From an uncultured Nitrososphaeraceae archaeon (GTDB taxonomy: Archaea > Thermoproteota > Nitrososphaeria > Nitrososphaerales > Nitrososphaeraceae), in NCBI GenBank assembly GCA_963825865.1, contig CAWGVG010000027.1, positions 1 to 64,000 of the forward strand: 64,000 bases of DNA, read 5' to 3'. The stretch's first letter is position 1. Each line of letters opens with the position of its first letter. The notes beneath the pieces were generated by a model. It ran no database searches. It had not been told where the DNA came from and saw nothing but the letters and a program-made list of their open reading frames with translations. The position numbers were made by a program, and so were the translations under genes. Shown one piece after another: positions 63,782-64,000 of the stretch.

Positions 63782-64000
63782 TTCGTGTTAATTGATTAAT
63801 TTGTTAATAATTAATTGGTTAGTAATTGGTTAAACGCCAGCAACTTTTCGCATAAAGGCCAGACCTCGTATAACATCATTGTTGGTAGAATTAGAAGAAT
63901 AGCCGCTACTACCATTATTTCCTTTACCATTTGTTGGGTCCAGGAAATTAGGCACGTCAAATCTAAATCCAGCGTAAGGATCTTTTTTAGTCGTTACAGA

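Overview
AT-rich archaeal chromosome segment, most likely from a soil ammonia-oxidising archaeon (Nitrososphaerota, Nitrososphaeraceae-like). This is judged from rpoN/Rpo10, rps26e, cdc6/orc1, the archaeal isoprenoid genes and the thaumarchaeal-style small proteins. Core content: the rpoN-eno-rps2-MEMO1-mvk-ipk-fni-idsA-gltX superoperon, FNR, a probable GDGT ring synthase (Grs)-type radical SAM enzyme, tRNA-Ala(GGC), a UbiC-like/UbiA-like/UbiE/kinase group, AMMECR1, a DUF59-PqqD fusion, mtnA, trmJ, cdc6, pyrG, NAD kinase-wHTH, pfkB, rps26e and a CDP-alcohol phosphatidyltransferase. Accessory content: four IS elements with readable TIRs and TSDs (one nested in another, one splitting an HTH gene), a solo IS end, and a 12-kb cluster encoding a nucleotide-sugar dehydrogenase, a PIG-L deacetylase, two ATP-grasp ligases, a BshC-like ligase, a PHP hydrolase and a GlmU-like protein. 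That cluster is the best candidate for an undescribed pathway (an aminoacylated amino-sugar or bacillithiol-like compound). Many genes, including essential ones, carry 1-bp indels. By manual reconstruction 17 of these fall in or beside GCWGC or GTAC, which points to methylation-induced long-read base-calling errors rather than true pseudogenes. All family calls come from motif recognition by eye; no searches were run.
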